Origin: Octopus vulgaris
Taxonomy: Eukaryota
DNA length: 64,000 nucleotides
Assembly (NCBI GenBank): GCA_951406725.2
Contig: OX597815.1
Span: forward strand, 182,652,001-182,716,000
Direction: 5' to 3'
Shown: piece after piece, positions 1 through 14,228 of the stretch
Layout of the letters: each line of letters starts with the position of its first letter
Numbering within the stretch: the stretch's first letter is position 1
Made by a program: the position numbers and the translations under genes
The notes under the pieces: generated by a model
Seen by the model: only the letters and a program-made list of their open reading frames with translations
Database searches by the model: none
What the model was told of the DNA's origin: nothing

Positions 1-1106
1 GGTTCAAATTTGCAGAAAACATATGTATATATACATGTATATTTGTGTGTATGTATATATAAATATATAGGCATTTGTGTATTTGTATAGTGTTTAAACG
101 CAAGTACTATTCTACATTGATTTCTAATATGAAAATCCTGAAGCGTATAACAGCAATTCAGAATATTATTATTCTTATATTTTTCCAATCAAATGACTAT
201 AAAACTACAGAAAAGAGCATTCACCAACTGTTTTAGATCCAGTAATGCTCCATCCAGTCGTACACATCAGTTACAAGTAGTTATTTTCCTACTTCTCTCG
301 TCCTCCCTTAAAGATGGCGAAATAGTATAAGCATGCGAGCTCTTCAGCGGCTCTAATATTTTATATGAGATATACCTAGACTTAATAATAGTCCTATCAA
401 AATGATATATGATGCAAAACAGCGCTCTTATTTTGTCGAAAACTTCAGAGAAATCAATACCCAGAAAATTATCATATTCCATAATGGAATTCAAATAAAT
501 ATTTCTTACCCCCACTGGTTATTACTTCGGCTGCGTAGAAGTAACCAACTATTAGCTGCGGGAAATGAAATGAATCCGACGCGAAAATAAATACACTAAG
601 TGTCAAATTGCTTCTATTGATTACTGCCTCTGAAAGACTGTATAAAATAGATTAAGCGAATATTTCACATAGACATAATCTACGAAGAATCAAATATTGA
701 CTACATTATATTCTTAACCGAAGTGGATTCTGATTTCAGCATGAGATGCTTTCGAAATTCCTACTTAATCATTCTTCCACATTTTAAAATAACATGTAAA
801 ATATAATTCTTGTTGAAATCCTTACAATTCACAAACTCATACAGTATAACCTTACTCACTCACTCACTCACACATACATATAGTTGCACACACGTATATA
901 TGCTTATATATGTAGATATATGTGTATATATGTATGTGCTTGTGTGTGTGTGTGTTTCTGTTTGTACATGCATACACACACATACATATTTGTATATATA
1001 TATTTGTGTGTGTATATATATAATATATTATATTATATATATATATAATATTAATATATTATTAATATATATATATATAATTATTAATATATATATATAT
1101 AATATA

Positions 1107-1165
<59 letters not shown>

Positions 1166-2113
1166 ATACATATATATATGCGTGTGTGTTTAACACAGAT
1201 ACTCTTTCAACCGGATATCATATGCTTAATATTCATTTATTCTTTGAGGATTATCGTTATTTTCATCCTTTCCTTTTTCTTATAAACAGCAGTAATTTTT
1301 CCAAAATTGATACCTTTATTATCACAGCGTGTTTACTGAGTTGATGGATCAAATTTGCTAAAACAATAAACGGAGAATATCATTTGCTCCTACTGATCGA
1401 GGGAAACGCTTAATTTCTGATCACTCCGTCTGTTCCGTTTCATGATTTCAGTGAATTATTGTTCTGATAAATCAATATGAATTCTAGTTGTGTTTTCTCT
1501 TAAAACTGCTCATTTTGGATTTGCATGTATTTCCCCCTTAAAACGCATTCGTCTATACTCTTTCGTATTCATTAAACCATGCGCTTGTTATTTATTTTGA
1601 GCTGTTTATGGTTGATAATTCAAGTAAACTTTTACGATACTTTCAAAAATAAGTATAAATAACATTCATTATATTTACTTTATACAAATGCTAACTTCAG
1701 CCTATGTTTGAATATTTTATTCTACGATAATTCGATTATATATTTTTCGATAACTCGAATATATATTTTTCTGTTATTCATGACTTGCCGCGTATTGAAA
1801 TCAAGGACGACGATATTGCAACGAAGTTTAAATTGAAGTAACATCCATTCTTTAAATTCCATCCGCAGTATATCACATATTATGGTCTAGTTCTGTCAGG
1901 TGTATTCGAATAGTTTCATTAATATGCTTGACTGGAGATCCAATAAGTTCTCGTGTTCCACATGAGTTCGTACGTAACTCAATAGAGCTATATACTTTTA
2001 GTATTAGAGTTGTATGAATATGATAGCAATAGCTTTATGCGAATGTATTCAGATGAAACCTTTGGTATCGTATTCACAACATTATATTTATTTATATATC
2101 GAAAGAAGGGGTT

Positions 2114-2346
2114 AAGGCGGCGAGCTGGCAGAAACGTTAGCGCGCCGGGCGAGATGCTTAGCAGTATTTCGTCTGTCGTTACGTCCTGAGTTCAAATTCC
2201 GCCGAGGTCCATTTTGCCTTTCATCCTTTCGGGGTCGATAAATAAAGTACCAATTTCGCACTGGGGTCGATGTAATCGACTTAATCCGTTTGTCTGTCCT
2301 TGTTTGTCCCCTCTATGTTTAGCCCCTTGTGGGCAGTAAAGAAATA
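2114..2346 (+). mobile_element. tRNA-derived SINE, family A (GGCGGCGAGCTGGCAGAAACGTTAGC head)
   Basis: A-box-like TGGCAGAAACG, B-box-like GAGTTCAAATTCC, central GCCTTTCATCCTTTCGGGGTCGATAAA domain; many homologous copies in the window. Confidence 0.85.
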
Positions 2347-2635
2347 TATATTATTGTAGCTCGTTATTAGCACGCGCGTTCGCGTTCGTGTATGTGTATA
2401 TGTGTTTGCACGTGTGTGAATAAGAATGTATAAAGTCGACAGATAACTATACATAATTACGAAGGAAATTATATATATATTTTAAATATTAGTAAGAGCT
2501 AAACAATTTAGGTTGAAATGTTTTGCATGAAATTACTGCCGTGTTTAGAATAGTTTTGTTCTACAGTTTAGTTTTGCATAAAATGCTTTTTAATGACATC
2601 GTATCTCTGTAACTGAATGTAATCCGTAATACATT

Positions 2636-2657
2636 TATTATTATGATTATTATTGTT

Positions 2658-2711
<54 letters not shown>

Positions 2712-2750
2712 TTCATCATCTACGTCATCATCATTTTCATTAGCATCTTC
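2636..2750. repeat. (ATT)n/(ATC)n microsatellite at 3' end of R4/Dong element
   Basis: Direct reading. Confidence 0.95.
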
Positions 2751-2769
2751 TTTCAATTCCAATTCCATT

Positions 2770-3650
2770 TCTTGCCGAGTGTCCTCCTGACATCTAGGGC
2801 AGAGAAACGTACTGTATACATTGGTAGGCCATTAAAACAAGCACACCAGATTGTTCATTTACAGAGTCATGTGATAGAAAACAGGGGGAAGACAGAGAGA
2901 AATTTTTTTAAAAATTTAAGATACAAAAGTAAACAAATAAAATAAAAGGGTGGAAAGGAAAGAAAATTTACAGCGACAATGCTCTTGTCAGTACCTGTAC
3001 GGATGGTAAACCAGGGATAATTCTTAAATAATTTTCAGTTCCTTTTTTTACCATTCCAAGTGCTCCTACAATCACTGTTAATCTAACCTTCTTTGAGATG
3101 CCACATCTTTTTGATTTCAATTCAAATTCTTTTGCCGAGACATTCTGATCACAGGGTATTCCCATATCAATCAATAAAGATACTTTATTTCTTTTTCTCT
3201 TTCACAACAATATATGATTTATTTGCCTTGATGGTCCGATCTGTACGTACTGGGGAGTCCCAAAGTATAGTTACATTTTCTCCCTCAGTTACAGCCTCAG
3301 GGTGCTTGTACCGTTCGTCAGCAGTTTTAATTTTATAATGTAGATATTGGCCAACTCTGTCACGTCTTGATTTGTACTCTACTGGTGCTAAAACCTTACA
3401 TCCAGAGACTGGGTGGTCGACTGTTTCTATCCCATCGTTGCAGTATCGGCACTTTGGGTCAACACCATTTTTCATCACATTGTATTAATACTTCCGGGTC
3501 AATACGCTCTGTGTTTAGCCCTGAGCACTCTGGTTGATTCTCGCCTTCCTCAAAGACGGTGGCGGAGTTGTTTGAGTAATTTCAGCTCCAACTTTCTGTA
3601 GCCACTGTAACTGTTGTTTTTCTGGCTGCTTGTTTTTCTCTGATTAGTCA
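2770..3650 (-). mobile_element. R4/Dong-clade (RLE) non-LTR retrotransposon, frameshifted 3' fragment
   Basis: CCHC knuckle CRYC..ETVDH..SGC, R(H)D motif, ILWD..V.TDRTIKAN, IDMGIPCDQNVSAKE (PD..D..K endonuclease), VIVGALG; 3' UTR ends in a trinucleotide microsatellite. Confidence 0.85.
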
Positions 3651-4310
3651 AATTGATGTAGACGACTCCGAAGGGAATCCAATAACATCTGAAAATCGAT
3701 TAAGGTTGTTCATCACATTTTTAATCAACGGAGAAACAGCTTAATTAGTCTATATAGCCTTTACACTATGTAGGTTACATATAAAAATGCCTTTATCGGC
3801 TCCTTTGGATTAGCTTATATTTGTAAAATGTTCTAAAAATTATATTACAATGCTCAACTTGCCGCTTTATCTATATTACATGGTCCTTACTGTACGCAAA
3901 AAGTGATTCATTACGCCTGTTAGGACTTCCTCGCGTCGATTAACATCAAGATTCTGCTACAAAACCAGTTTCAGTAGATAACACGCTTTTGTGATTTATG
4001 TTTACCGACATGTTTGATATTTACGTTGCGCATGTTTTTTTTTGTGTGTGTGTGTTTTTCTGCGATATAAAGGTCGTAGTGTAACATTAGTTAATGATAT
4101 TAAATATAATTTTGTGGCTTTGATATTGTTTCTCAGCAGTTTCACAACTGACGTGTTTGTAATATTCGTTGGGTGAATTGTTTCTTACGTAATCGTTGTT
4201 TTCCTTCAGGCTGATCTGCCGCAACTTCCTTATTTCCTGGCGAAAAAGCAACGACTGAAAGGATTTTTTAGAATTTGAATGAGTGCTTGTTGTTGTAGTT
4301 TGTTGTAGCT

Positions 4311-4311
<1 letters not shown>

Positions 4312-4395
<84 letters not shown>

Positions 4396-4685
4396 GTGAT
4401 GATGAAGTTATTATTGCTGTTGGTGCTCATGTTGTTATTACTGCTGTTGGTGATCATGTTATTTCTGATGATGATGATGATGATGATGACGACGACGACG
4501 ACGACAACGACGACGAGACGATGGCAATGACGAAGACGACAACGAAGAAGAGGACGATGATAATGATCGTGATCATGATCATAAGGAGGAGGAGGAGGAG
4601 GAGGAGGACTACGATGACGACGACGATAACGATGACGACGTTGACGACGACAACGACGATGTCGGCGACAACGGTGATGACGATT
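4312..4685. repeat. Compound (GAT)n/(GAC)n/(GGA)n microsatellite
   Basis: Direct reading. Confidence 0.95.
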
Positions 4686-4852
4686 TATCGCAAAATGAGT
4701 TCGGTCTGGGATTAACTGCCAGCACATTTTAAACAACGACAACAAAGAATTGACCCATCATCCCTTACACACGGCATATTTCTACCCCGGCCTAAACTAT
4801 CCGATGCGCCCATTTTCTTTTTTTTTTCTGAAGACTGTAACATGTTTTATGC

Positions 4853-5216
4853 CTGGAGGCAGCGGAATCACGGTCATAGAATCGCAGTTTCGATTCCGAG
4901 ACCGGGTGTTCTGAGTGTTTATAGAGCGAAAACACTTAACGCTCCACGAAGCTCCGGTCAGGGGTGGTGGTGAAACCTGCCGTACTCTTTCACCACAGAT
5001 TTCTCAAACTTCTTGTTTCTGCTGTACCTGTATTTCAAAGGGGCCAGCCTTATCACACTCTGTGTCACGCTGAATCCCCCCCCCCCCCCCGAGAACTAAG
5101 TTAAGGGTACACGTGTCTGTGGAGTCCTCAACCACTTGCACGTTAATTTCACGAGCAGGCTGTTCCGTCGATCGGATCAACTGGAACCTTCGTCGTCGTA
5201 ACCGACGGAGTGCCAC
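4853..5216 (+). mobile_element. tRNA(Arg)-like SINE, family B (OR1-like)
   Basis: GTTTCGATTCC B-box; body and tail homologous to 19850, 37282 and 53877 copies. Confidence 0.8.
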
Positions 5217-5589
5217 GATATTTTTATATAAAGACTAATATTTCAATGAAAACTACTATTTTTAGGCAAAGGAGCAATCGTAGCGAGATATGCAGTTATT
5301 GGTTTGTCATGAAAACTTTATTGGCTCTTTTAGGTTTGTTTATGTCTGTTGGGGATGGAAACGTCGAATTCATTATTTTATTTAATAGATTTCTTCATCC
5401 AAATTATAGCTTTTTTTCCTACATGCGTCATGAAACATGTTGTTTGTGTATTTTGCTGTAAAACCATGTCGCTACTTATACACACGCACACACACATACA
5501 CACAAACACACAAACACACACACACACATGCATACACACACAGATATGTATATACATATATATATGTATGTGCTTGTGTGTGTACTTAG

Positions 5590-5659
<70 letters not shown>

Positions 5660-5839
5660 CATACACACATACATGCATATATATTTAACTATATACCTTT
5701 CTATATGTATACATGTATGCACCTCTCTATCTATATCTATCTCTTTCTCTTTTTCTCTCTCTCTCTTTCTATATACATATATATGCATATATATATGTGT
5801 GTGTGTGTTTGTGAGTGCATGTGTATATATGTATGTATG

Positions 5840-5887
<48 letters not shown>

Positions 5888-6407
5888 CATACATATATAT
5901 GTATGTATGTATATAATGTATGTATGTATAATTGGATCTGGCAAAGGTGTATGTATTGCTCAAGGCGCAATTCTTCACAGATTATTATATAATATTACAG
6001 TTTTAGATATTAACATTGTATAGATTGGAGAAGCAAGAAGGTATAATGAGAAAAGTAAAGAAAGCCATTTGGCAGGCAAATGGGAGTTGCCTGCCTCTAA
6101 ACAACGATTAAACGTTGTGAGTGATGCGGAGATGTATACACAATGATCAATGTGTATTTGAAACCAGAAACAATAGTTTTGCGTGCTTTTTACTATACAG
6201 TGAATTGGCTTTCTTTGTTTATCTTCAGTCAGGTTGAACATTAGTACACATGTTTCGTTACAGAACATACAAGACTAGTGGCAGAGACAGCAAAAGTCTC
6301 CTCAAAGCTTATGGAAAATTTGAACTGATGCACTTTGCAAACAAGAATGAGCTCAAACAACCACATTCTCTTCTTTCAGTGGAACCAGTTACGTCATCCA
6401 ATAATAT

Positions 6408-6722
6408 GGACTTATTCTTTGTAAGCCTAGTTCTTAACTTAACCGTTCTTTTGCTGAACTGCCAAGTTACGGGGACGTAAACACCAACATCGGTTGTCAA
6501 GCGATTGTGCGGAAGGGGACTAACACAAACACGCAAGTATATACACACACACACATAAATACATATATATACGATGGACTTCTTTCAGTTTCTGTCTACC
6601 AAATCCACTCACAAGGCTTGGTCGGCCTGAGGCTATAGTTTACACTTGCCCGAGGTGCAACGCAGTGGGACTGAACCCGGAACCATCTGTTGGGAAGCAA
6701 ACTTCTTACCGCACAGCCATGC
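6408..6722 (-). mobile_element. SINE family C (internal microsatellite), 3'-truncated
   Basis: Reverse complement of the 41154/42283 copies (GGTTCAGTCCCACTG, CCTCGGGCAAG). Confidence 0.8.
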
Positions 6723-6759
6723 ATTGTCGACAAAAATATATGTTGAAGTCCTCACATCA

Positions 6760-7415
6760 ACAATTCAGTTGATATGGATTGCAAAATAAGCACTTGGATA
6801 CTGCGAAGTTTCTGTCCCGAATGCAAAATGCCATAAACATCATCATTCCCCTCTCTCCTCCTCCTCCTCCGTTTCTCCTCCTCCTTTGTACTGCCACATC
6901 TAGAATGCAGCTGACGCCTGTGGTTTCCCAATACCGAACAAAACACCCCAGAGAGCCTTCGTTAAACAAATAAAAGGCATGACTGATCTTGACTATTGAA
7001 ACTTTCTTAGAACATTGAAAGCTTATTCTCTCCAGTACTGCTGTGAGCACCACATCATTTGCATAATGTGAAAAGTATACCATCAGTATTGCTGAAACTA
7101 CATTCACGTTAGATTCAAAATTCATCCATGGCTCATGATACAAATGCAATACAATCTCTTTTTCCTCAACGAGCCTTGCTCTATTTAACGTTATCCCTAA
7201 ATAAAAGCATAGAAGAAAAATATCTCATTATCTTCAAACTAAACCGGAACAGAGATACCAGATGAGCCAGTTATATCTGGATATATTTCAATCAACAACG
7301 TCTTACTTGAACGGGCAATGGCACCATGAAACTTAAAAATTGCTGAACAGATCCTGTCAATGGAGCCATTAAGTTACAAATGACCCAGCCAATATTTGGC
7401 TGAAACACGTAATAC
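6760..7415 (+). mobile_element. Degraded CR1-clade LINE ORF2 C-terminus plus 3' tail
   Basis: Broken-frame motifs WILRSF, PHLE..LWFP, QRAFVKQIKGMTDLDY, LKAYSLQ..IICIM*K; tail hairpin CAGCCA-ATATT-TGGCTG-AAAC near 7386-7407. Confidence 0.7.
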
Positions 7416-7599
7416 TCTTACCAGAATTGGAATCAATATATCATAGACTAAGATCCCCAACGTAAATACAGAATTGCGAGAACACAAGATACAAAGGTTC
7501 ACAGTCACGAAGTACATCAAAGATATATATCCCTCGTCAGCTACCTTACAGATATCACTATAGTTTTGACACCTTAGCCATATTATTCAACACGACGGT

Positions 7600-8480
7600 C
7601 TTAACAGAGTTACATATATAAACGCTGCTTGGGGATTAATTAAAAGAAGGAAGAGCAAAACATTAGCGCAATATATCCATTATGTTTCAACCCGCGTATT
7701 CTTACAAATACAAGCATTAATGCCCGAACATATATCGTATCATACCTATATCTACGAAGCACAGAAAATTCAAAATGTAACTCAGAGAACAGAAGGCTAT
7801 ACTTAAAATGTATATTATCCCCCAACCTCTACGAGAATTACAGTTTTTGAAAATCAGAACCAAGGAATTAGAGCCTTAAACGAATTTTAAAAAAGTTTAT
7901 TGAGCATTGTCAAAAGCACACGATACTAATACATAAAACAGAAAATAATGGTAACCTACGGACAAATAAACCTAGAACTATTATAAACACTTGAATTAAT
8001 TAAATAACATTAAACAATAGACATTGCTATAACATTTAATTAAAACACGAAAATATAATGAAGACGAATGATAAGTAAACTCACTGAATAACAATATAAT
8101 TTTCACTGTCAAGCATTAATCGCCTATGACTTGAAGATCAATCAATGTAGACCTATAACAATTATATGTAAACTGTAATTACAGAACCAATATTTGAAAC
8201 AATATTCGACTAAAAATCAAAAAATCTAAAATGGACTAAAACAAAAAAATTTCGTCATGAAAGTATTCATTATATAAAAAAAAGCATAGAGTTCACTTGC
8301 TCAAAGTAATTAGCGAAAGCAGAAACTTTTTAACTAAACTGCTACTCACTAGCAAAACACCGTTAGTAAACCATGAGCCGACGTCCATAACGGAAGTGAC
8401 GCTGTACACACTAATACACTATTGTGTAGGACAACTTGACCCAAAACTAGATTAAATAATATATAAAAAAAAATTAATCA
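7600..8480 (+). mobile_element. Possible highly degraded Penelope-like ORF C-terminus
   Basis: Only scattered motif remnants (KIMVTY resembling VKVSYS, Cys-linker remnants) across many frameshifts. Confidence 0.3.
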
Positions 8481-8871
8481 CTGCGTAGATATATATTAAG
8501 TCAATTCTACGAATTACTTTAAATTTCCTCAAAATTTCACTCTCTCCCAAGCAACAGTTCAACATTTAACAAATATTTCTCTTAACTTGCTTCTATATTC
8601 TTTACTAAACTTAATACTGCAAAGTAAGCTAACACACGAATGGCAAATAATCCTTATGCAACACCTCGCGAATAACGAACTAACTGCATTTAATGCATCA
8701 TTAAGTCGACGTAAAGATAAAATCGTCAATCGATTTGAAGAAAACCCTTGTCGCCACACACTGGCACACAGTCACTCACAATTATATTATATAAATAAGT
8801 GTGTGTGTGTATGTATATATATATATGCGATATATATGCCGAATCATGCATATGTGCGTGTTTGTATGTAT

Positions 8872-8903
8872 GATAATAACGATAATAATAATAATAATAA
8901 TAA

Positions 8904-8981
<78 letters not shown>

Positions 8982-9000
8982 AAGTAGTAGTAGTAGTAGT
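8872..9000. repeat. (AAT)n(AGT)n compound microsatellite
   Basis: Direct reading. Confidence 0.95.
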
Positions 9001-9770
9001 TCTAAACTGTTGGAACTCAAGACAGAGTATGTTTGCCAATCCAGTTGATATGTTTTTCATGTATGATAAACGACTTTGATTCTTGCTAATTGTATGAATA
9101 AAACCAATTTATGATATGTAAAAGTGAAGTCAATATTTAGATATAAAATAATGAAAAATCAATAATGTGATAGTTAGTAAAGTCACATATTGAATTGTCT
9201 TATTGTTAATTCATCGAGTTGCAAGTGCGATCATAGATGTCGACTTCATTAGGAAGAGAAATTGTTTTGATCTAATTTACACCCACTTGACTTTACTATT
9301 TTCAGCCATGATTGGTAACCTACAAATAGAATGTGGATATCCAAGTGATTAGAAACATCGGGCGAAATAACGTGTGATAGTCCTGTTGGGTCTTTGCGTT
9401 CTGGGTTCAAATTGTTATGGCTATGTTTGTGTTTTATTCCACAGGCGACGCAAAATTACACAGCAATCAACTATTCTAGTTCATTTAATTGGCTAACCCA
9501 TAACCTTCAAAGTTCAAGCCGGCTCTTAGAGGTTATCCGCAAATTAGGAACCAAAAGAATGCACCGTGAGGATTAGTTTGCAACGCTTTACCAAAAATGC
9601 GCTGCAGTTTAGCAAACCGTTTCTGAAACGGTAAATATTTTGTTACACTGAAATACACTCACACGCATTTATATTGTGGGTTGTTGTTGCATTTGAATTA
9701 ATGCAAATGTTCCTGAAAACTTGAAATATGCACATCGTTCGTTGTGCTTTCAATATCGTGTGTGTTAAAA

Positions 9771-9830
9771 TGGCGGCGAGCTGGCAGAAACGTTAGCACG
9801 CCGGGCGAAATGCTTAGTGTTATTTCGTCA
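9771..9830 (+). mobile_element. SINE family A head, truncated by an insertion
   Basis: GGCGGCGAGCTGGCAGAAACGTTAGCACGCCGGGCGAAATGCTTAG; homology ends abruptly at ~9830. Confidence 0.8.
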
Positions 9831-9984
9831 ATGATAGGAGGCAATTACCCCGAAACTAGTTTGGACGCCAAACCAGCAAGGGAAAGCTGCTGACCTCCCC
9901 TGTTCGAAGGTTATAATGGACACAGGTGTGTGTGCCACATAGCTAGCTAGAGGCGATGGCCTCTTGGAGCTAATCAATAGCAGC
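9831..9984 (+). ncRNA. Candidate degenerate HDV-like ribozyme
   Basis: P2 GCTGCTG/TAGCAGC, P3 ACC/GGT with loop starting TCCCC, P1' TATAAT followed by GG, P4 with GAGGC/GCCTC, J4/2 GCTAA; P1 imperfect. Confidence 0.4.
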
Positions 9985-10863
9985 ATTCGTCCTATTTTCT
10001 TGGACTGCCATTTTAGCTTGGTGATAACTATTAATACCCAGTACTGCTGCGGTAGTCTCCTTTTGAGAGAATTAGAAATAATGATATTTCACATATAAGG
10101 ATATACACATTTATCATACAAGAAGGGGAACAACTAGCAAAGTTGCACAACATTTAAATAAACTTTCGCTATAGCATAAGGTGTTCCAGTTATGAAGGAA
10201 ATACCTGGTAGAATTTCAAATAAATGAATATATATATATATTAACGCTGCTCGTTCTGAAACACATTGTCCTGCGTGTGTGTGTATGTGTGTGTGTGTGT
10301 ATGAATTTATTGTAAGAAAACTTAACTTATGATGTTAAGGGCTTGGTTTAGCAGAAAACTGTATTAACCTCACTTATATGCTCCATTCTTTCTATTGCCC
10401 AAAGGAGATACAGGAATATTTGATTTTATCTGCAGCTCACCATTTTCCCCGACTTGTTCTTGACTCTGAGATTTATGAAGACATTATGACACTAGAGTTA
10501 AATAAAGCTCTGTGCTCCAATATAGTTGCAGTGTTATATTTCAATTCTGCTACGAACCGGAAATTAATAGAAGCCAAATTTGAAAATCCCTTAGCTGCAA
10601 TGAAAATAAATTCACAAATGCACATCAATATACTGTAACATTACTTATTGAAATAGGCATATAAAAATAAACATCGACTCATATCCATAAGAACTCAGAT
10701 ACGTGTATGTGTGTGTGTGTGTGTGTATTTGTATACATATATATGTGTGTGAGTGCGTGTGTGTGTATAGACTTAATTATATATGTATGCGTGTATCTAT
10801 GTATACATATATATTTAAATCTATACATTATATATATTTATACATATGCTTATGCATACGTAC

Positions 10864-10920
<57 letters not shown>

Positions 10921-11092
10921 GATATATATACATACATACATATATGCACACAAGTACATATATATATGTATATATATGTATATGTGTATTTGTGTATTTA
11001 TATATATATATATATATTATATATATATACATATACATATATACATATATATATGTGTATATGTATATATATATATAAATACACAAATATAC

Positions 11093-11131
<39 letters not shown>

Positions 11132-12170
11132 TATAGAGGTGTACATGCAAGTATACATATATATACATAAGTATACCTGTATGTGCATATATATATATAT
11201 ATATATATATTTGTGCATGTGTGCTCGTATGCATATGTGTATATGTGTGTATGCGTGTACGTGCGTGTATTTGTATGTATCTATCACATTATCATATATG
11301 GCAACGTTGCTAAATGCATTTGGTATTGGGCCATACTTGAGTGCGTAAATCAAGCGATGTCACATGAAGGATTTCACTAAAATAACATAAAATAATTTAT
11401 GCTTTTATAAACCTTTATTGCTATACATTATTGAAACATAAGAATTAAATATATTGAATTCAATATTCCTATTAACAATTTCAAAATTGTATAAACGTTC
11501 TTGGAACACTCGTGTCTTCCTTCTGTGAAAATATCGTTTACTCAATTCGTACACGCAAATTATACACTCGTCGCAAAACAGTGAAAATGAAGCCATTTAT
11601 GTATATTTAAACATACATAATATAAACAATATCTAAACATCATAAAATGGATAATATTAAATAAACAATGGAAATAATGTTTTTTATAATTTGAACGAAC
11701 ATTGTGATAACAGCATTTAGCTTCATATGGTATTGTGATACTAAATTGCATTTCATATTAAATGTGTACATTTTTTTGTGTATTTTCGAAAATGAAATAA
11801 AAATACATTGCATTGATTGTGTAAAATATGATATTAATATGTCGGTTTAATTTTTTTTAAGATATGCTATTAATAACAAATACTAAACTAATGAAAATAT
11901 AATAATTTCACACGAAAGGATGTAATGATTCTTTCAACAAAGGTTATTATTTTTCTTCCGTATACAACTGCTACATATACGGATTTCATTCAAGTTCTAT
12001 GCCCAACCACATGCACACACACACACACACCATACACGTAGACACACATACACATATTAGCGTGTTTGTGTGTGTATACGTGTGTACATGCATACATTTA
12101 TACGTGTATGTAAATATATATATATGAATATATATATATAATATAAATGTAACTATATATATAAATACAC

Positions 12171-12229
<59 letters not shown>

Positions 12230-12720
12230 GTATGTATATGTATCCTATTCAGAAAGGAACATCGTAAATTGAAAAAGCTTGTCATCCGCACATGTTCACA
12301 AGATTTCCTGTTCATGGTTCGTATTGAAGACGAGACCAAATTGCATAATCATTCTCACGAAGAAAACGTTTTAATTGCTACATGCTTTGCTTGGGATCCT
12401 GATATTGTTAGCAATAACAAATGGCTGACTTCCATGTCTTCCTCGTTTATATTGTAACGCACACATATACATACACCCGCACGTACGTACACAGATACAC
12501 ACGCAATAAAACACACACACACACACATACACACACATATAAATGTACGTGTATACACACACACATATGTATGTATATGTATATAGATATAGATATAGAT
12601 ATTGTTGTATTTCGGGATAGTTTTCCCTTTCTTTTCTTGCTAAATAAACACATGCACTATATGTATGATTTTTTTCTTCACTCGCTTATTACTGTTCTTA
12701 TTCTAATTCATGTCCATTGT

Positions 12721-12761
12721 CCGGAAATCTTTCGCCACACATCTGTGACCTCTTCAGCGAT
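12721..12761 (-). ncRNA. Minimal type I hammerhead-like motif (degenerate)
   Basis: Minus strand TCG-CTGAAGA-G-GTCACA gatg TGTGGC-GAAA-GAT-TTC-CGG. Confidence 0.45.
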
Positions 12762-12891
12762 ACTTTTCGTTTTCGTGTGCATTGTTGCTCCACCACTTCC
12801 TCCATTCAGTTTTAATATGTGTATTCCTTATATCCTTATGTGTACATGCGTTTGTATCCTTGATTGTGTGTGTGTCTGAATTTATATATAT

Positions 12892-12968
<77 letters not shown>

Positions 12969-14228
12969 TATATATATATACATATATATAAACTGCTCTA
13001 CTGGAAATCACTGTGGTTTCCACACCAAGCAATACTATTCAATCCAACGTTGTTCACAGCGCACAAAACATTTATATACTGTCTGGGAATTACACGATAT
13101 AAGAATCACCACTGCTTACACTTTCGTGTATTAGGATTGGATGCCCACATCACATAACCCAAGTTACTGTGCTAACCCACAACAGCAGAATAAAACTTAT
13201 ACAAACTGTTTAGAGATTAACAAGATTAATTTATAAAACACACTAGACTAAATGAAACTGAAAGTATGAACCACCATTAAATTAGTGTCCAATAAACAAA
13301 ATTTAGATAAAAAACGAATAAAGTAATATAAAATATTCCTTATCACATCTATGTGCTGATGACTACTAACGCAAAATTACATAAAGCGAAGACAAGGCAT
13401 TACAATATTATAAGGCAATTAACATTAAAAACAGAAGCTATGACTATAGCAGATAGCTAAGACACATGTTACATGTAACAACAATACCAACGGGAAAAAA
13501 GCTAACTAAAAAGATTAATAGCTAGACGTCACTACTGTAAATGAAATTAAAATGATAAAGAAAAATTAAACTAGTGTTTAATAAACGAGACTGCAGTGAA
13601 TTAGAGAATAAACATGCATAAAATATTGCTTATCAAGTTCATGTATTAATGACTGCTAAAACGGATGTAACTTAACCAAAAACAAGCATTACACTAAAAT
13701 TAATTAAAAAGCAAACCAATTAGTATAGGAAAGACGTAAAAAATATTGTGAGCCGTGATTACATCAGTGATGCAGTAATCGTGTTGCAAGGCCAGTGTAA
13801 TGATTTACAGTTTTCCTCCTACACAACCTAGTTTCAGAAAGGTCAGACTTAGTTATGCTGTAAGTATAGGTGTAAAGAAATAAAGGGAGATAAACACTGG
13901 AAACCATTCAGAAATATTCGTTACTAACACATTACGACGATAAACACTTAATACTGGCCAACATTACTAAATATTAGGCAGAAATTTATTATTAAATCGA
14001 GGCTTTGAAATAAATCACTATGTTCACAGAGGCAGCATTGAAAGTTTTCAACTATTAATTTACATTCATAACCTTTCCTAACCGAATGTTACATCAATTG
14101 TTTAACTCTGTAGATAAATCAACAATATTTATAATAACTGCTGTTATACCCGGGGATGGTCCTATTTTGCTCATAAAACACACGCACTGTTTTTGGTCTT
14201 TTACTTCAGTTTTATTATTATTATTATT

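Noticed and set aside
810-1193. Long YI/CV/HT-rich ORFs here and throughout (e.g. 5378, 10850, 31387, 60493)
   Set aside because: Translations of (TA)n, (CA)n and (TATG)n microsatellites, not genes
6240-6310. Partial hammerhead-like halves (also 10255, 20225, 38115, 58710)
   Set aside because: Only the GAAAC..GTH half is present; the CUGANGA core or stems are missing
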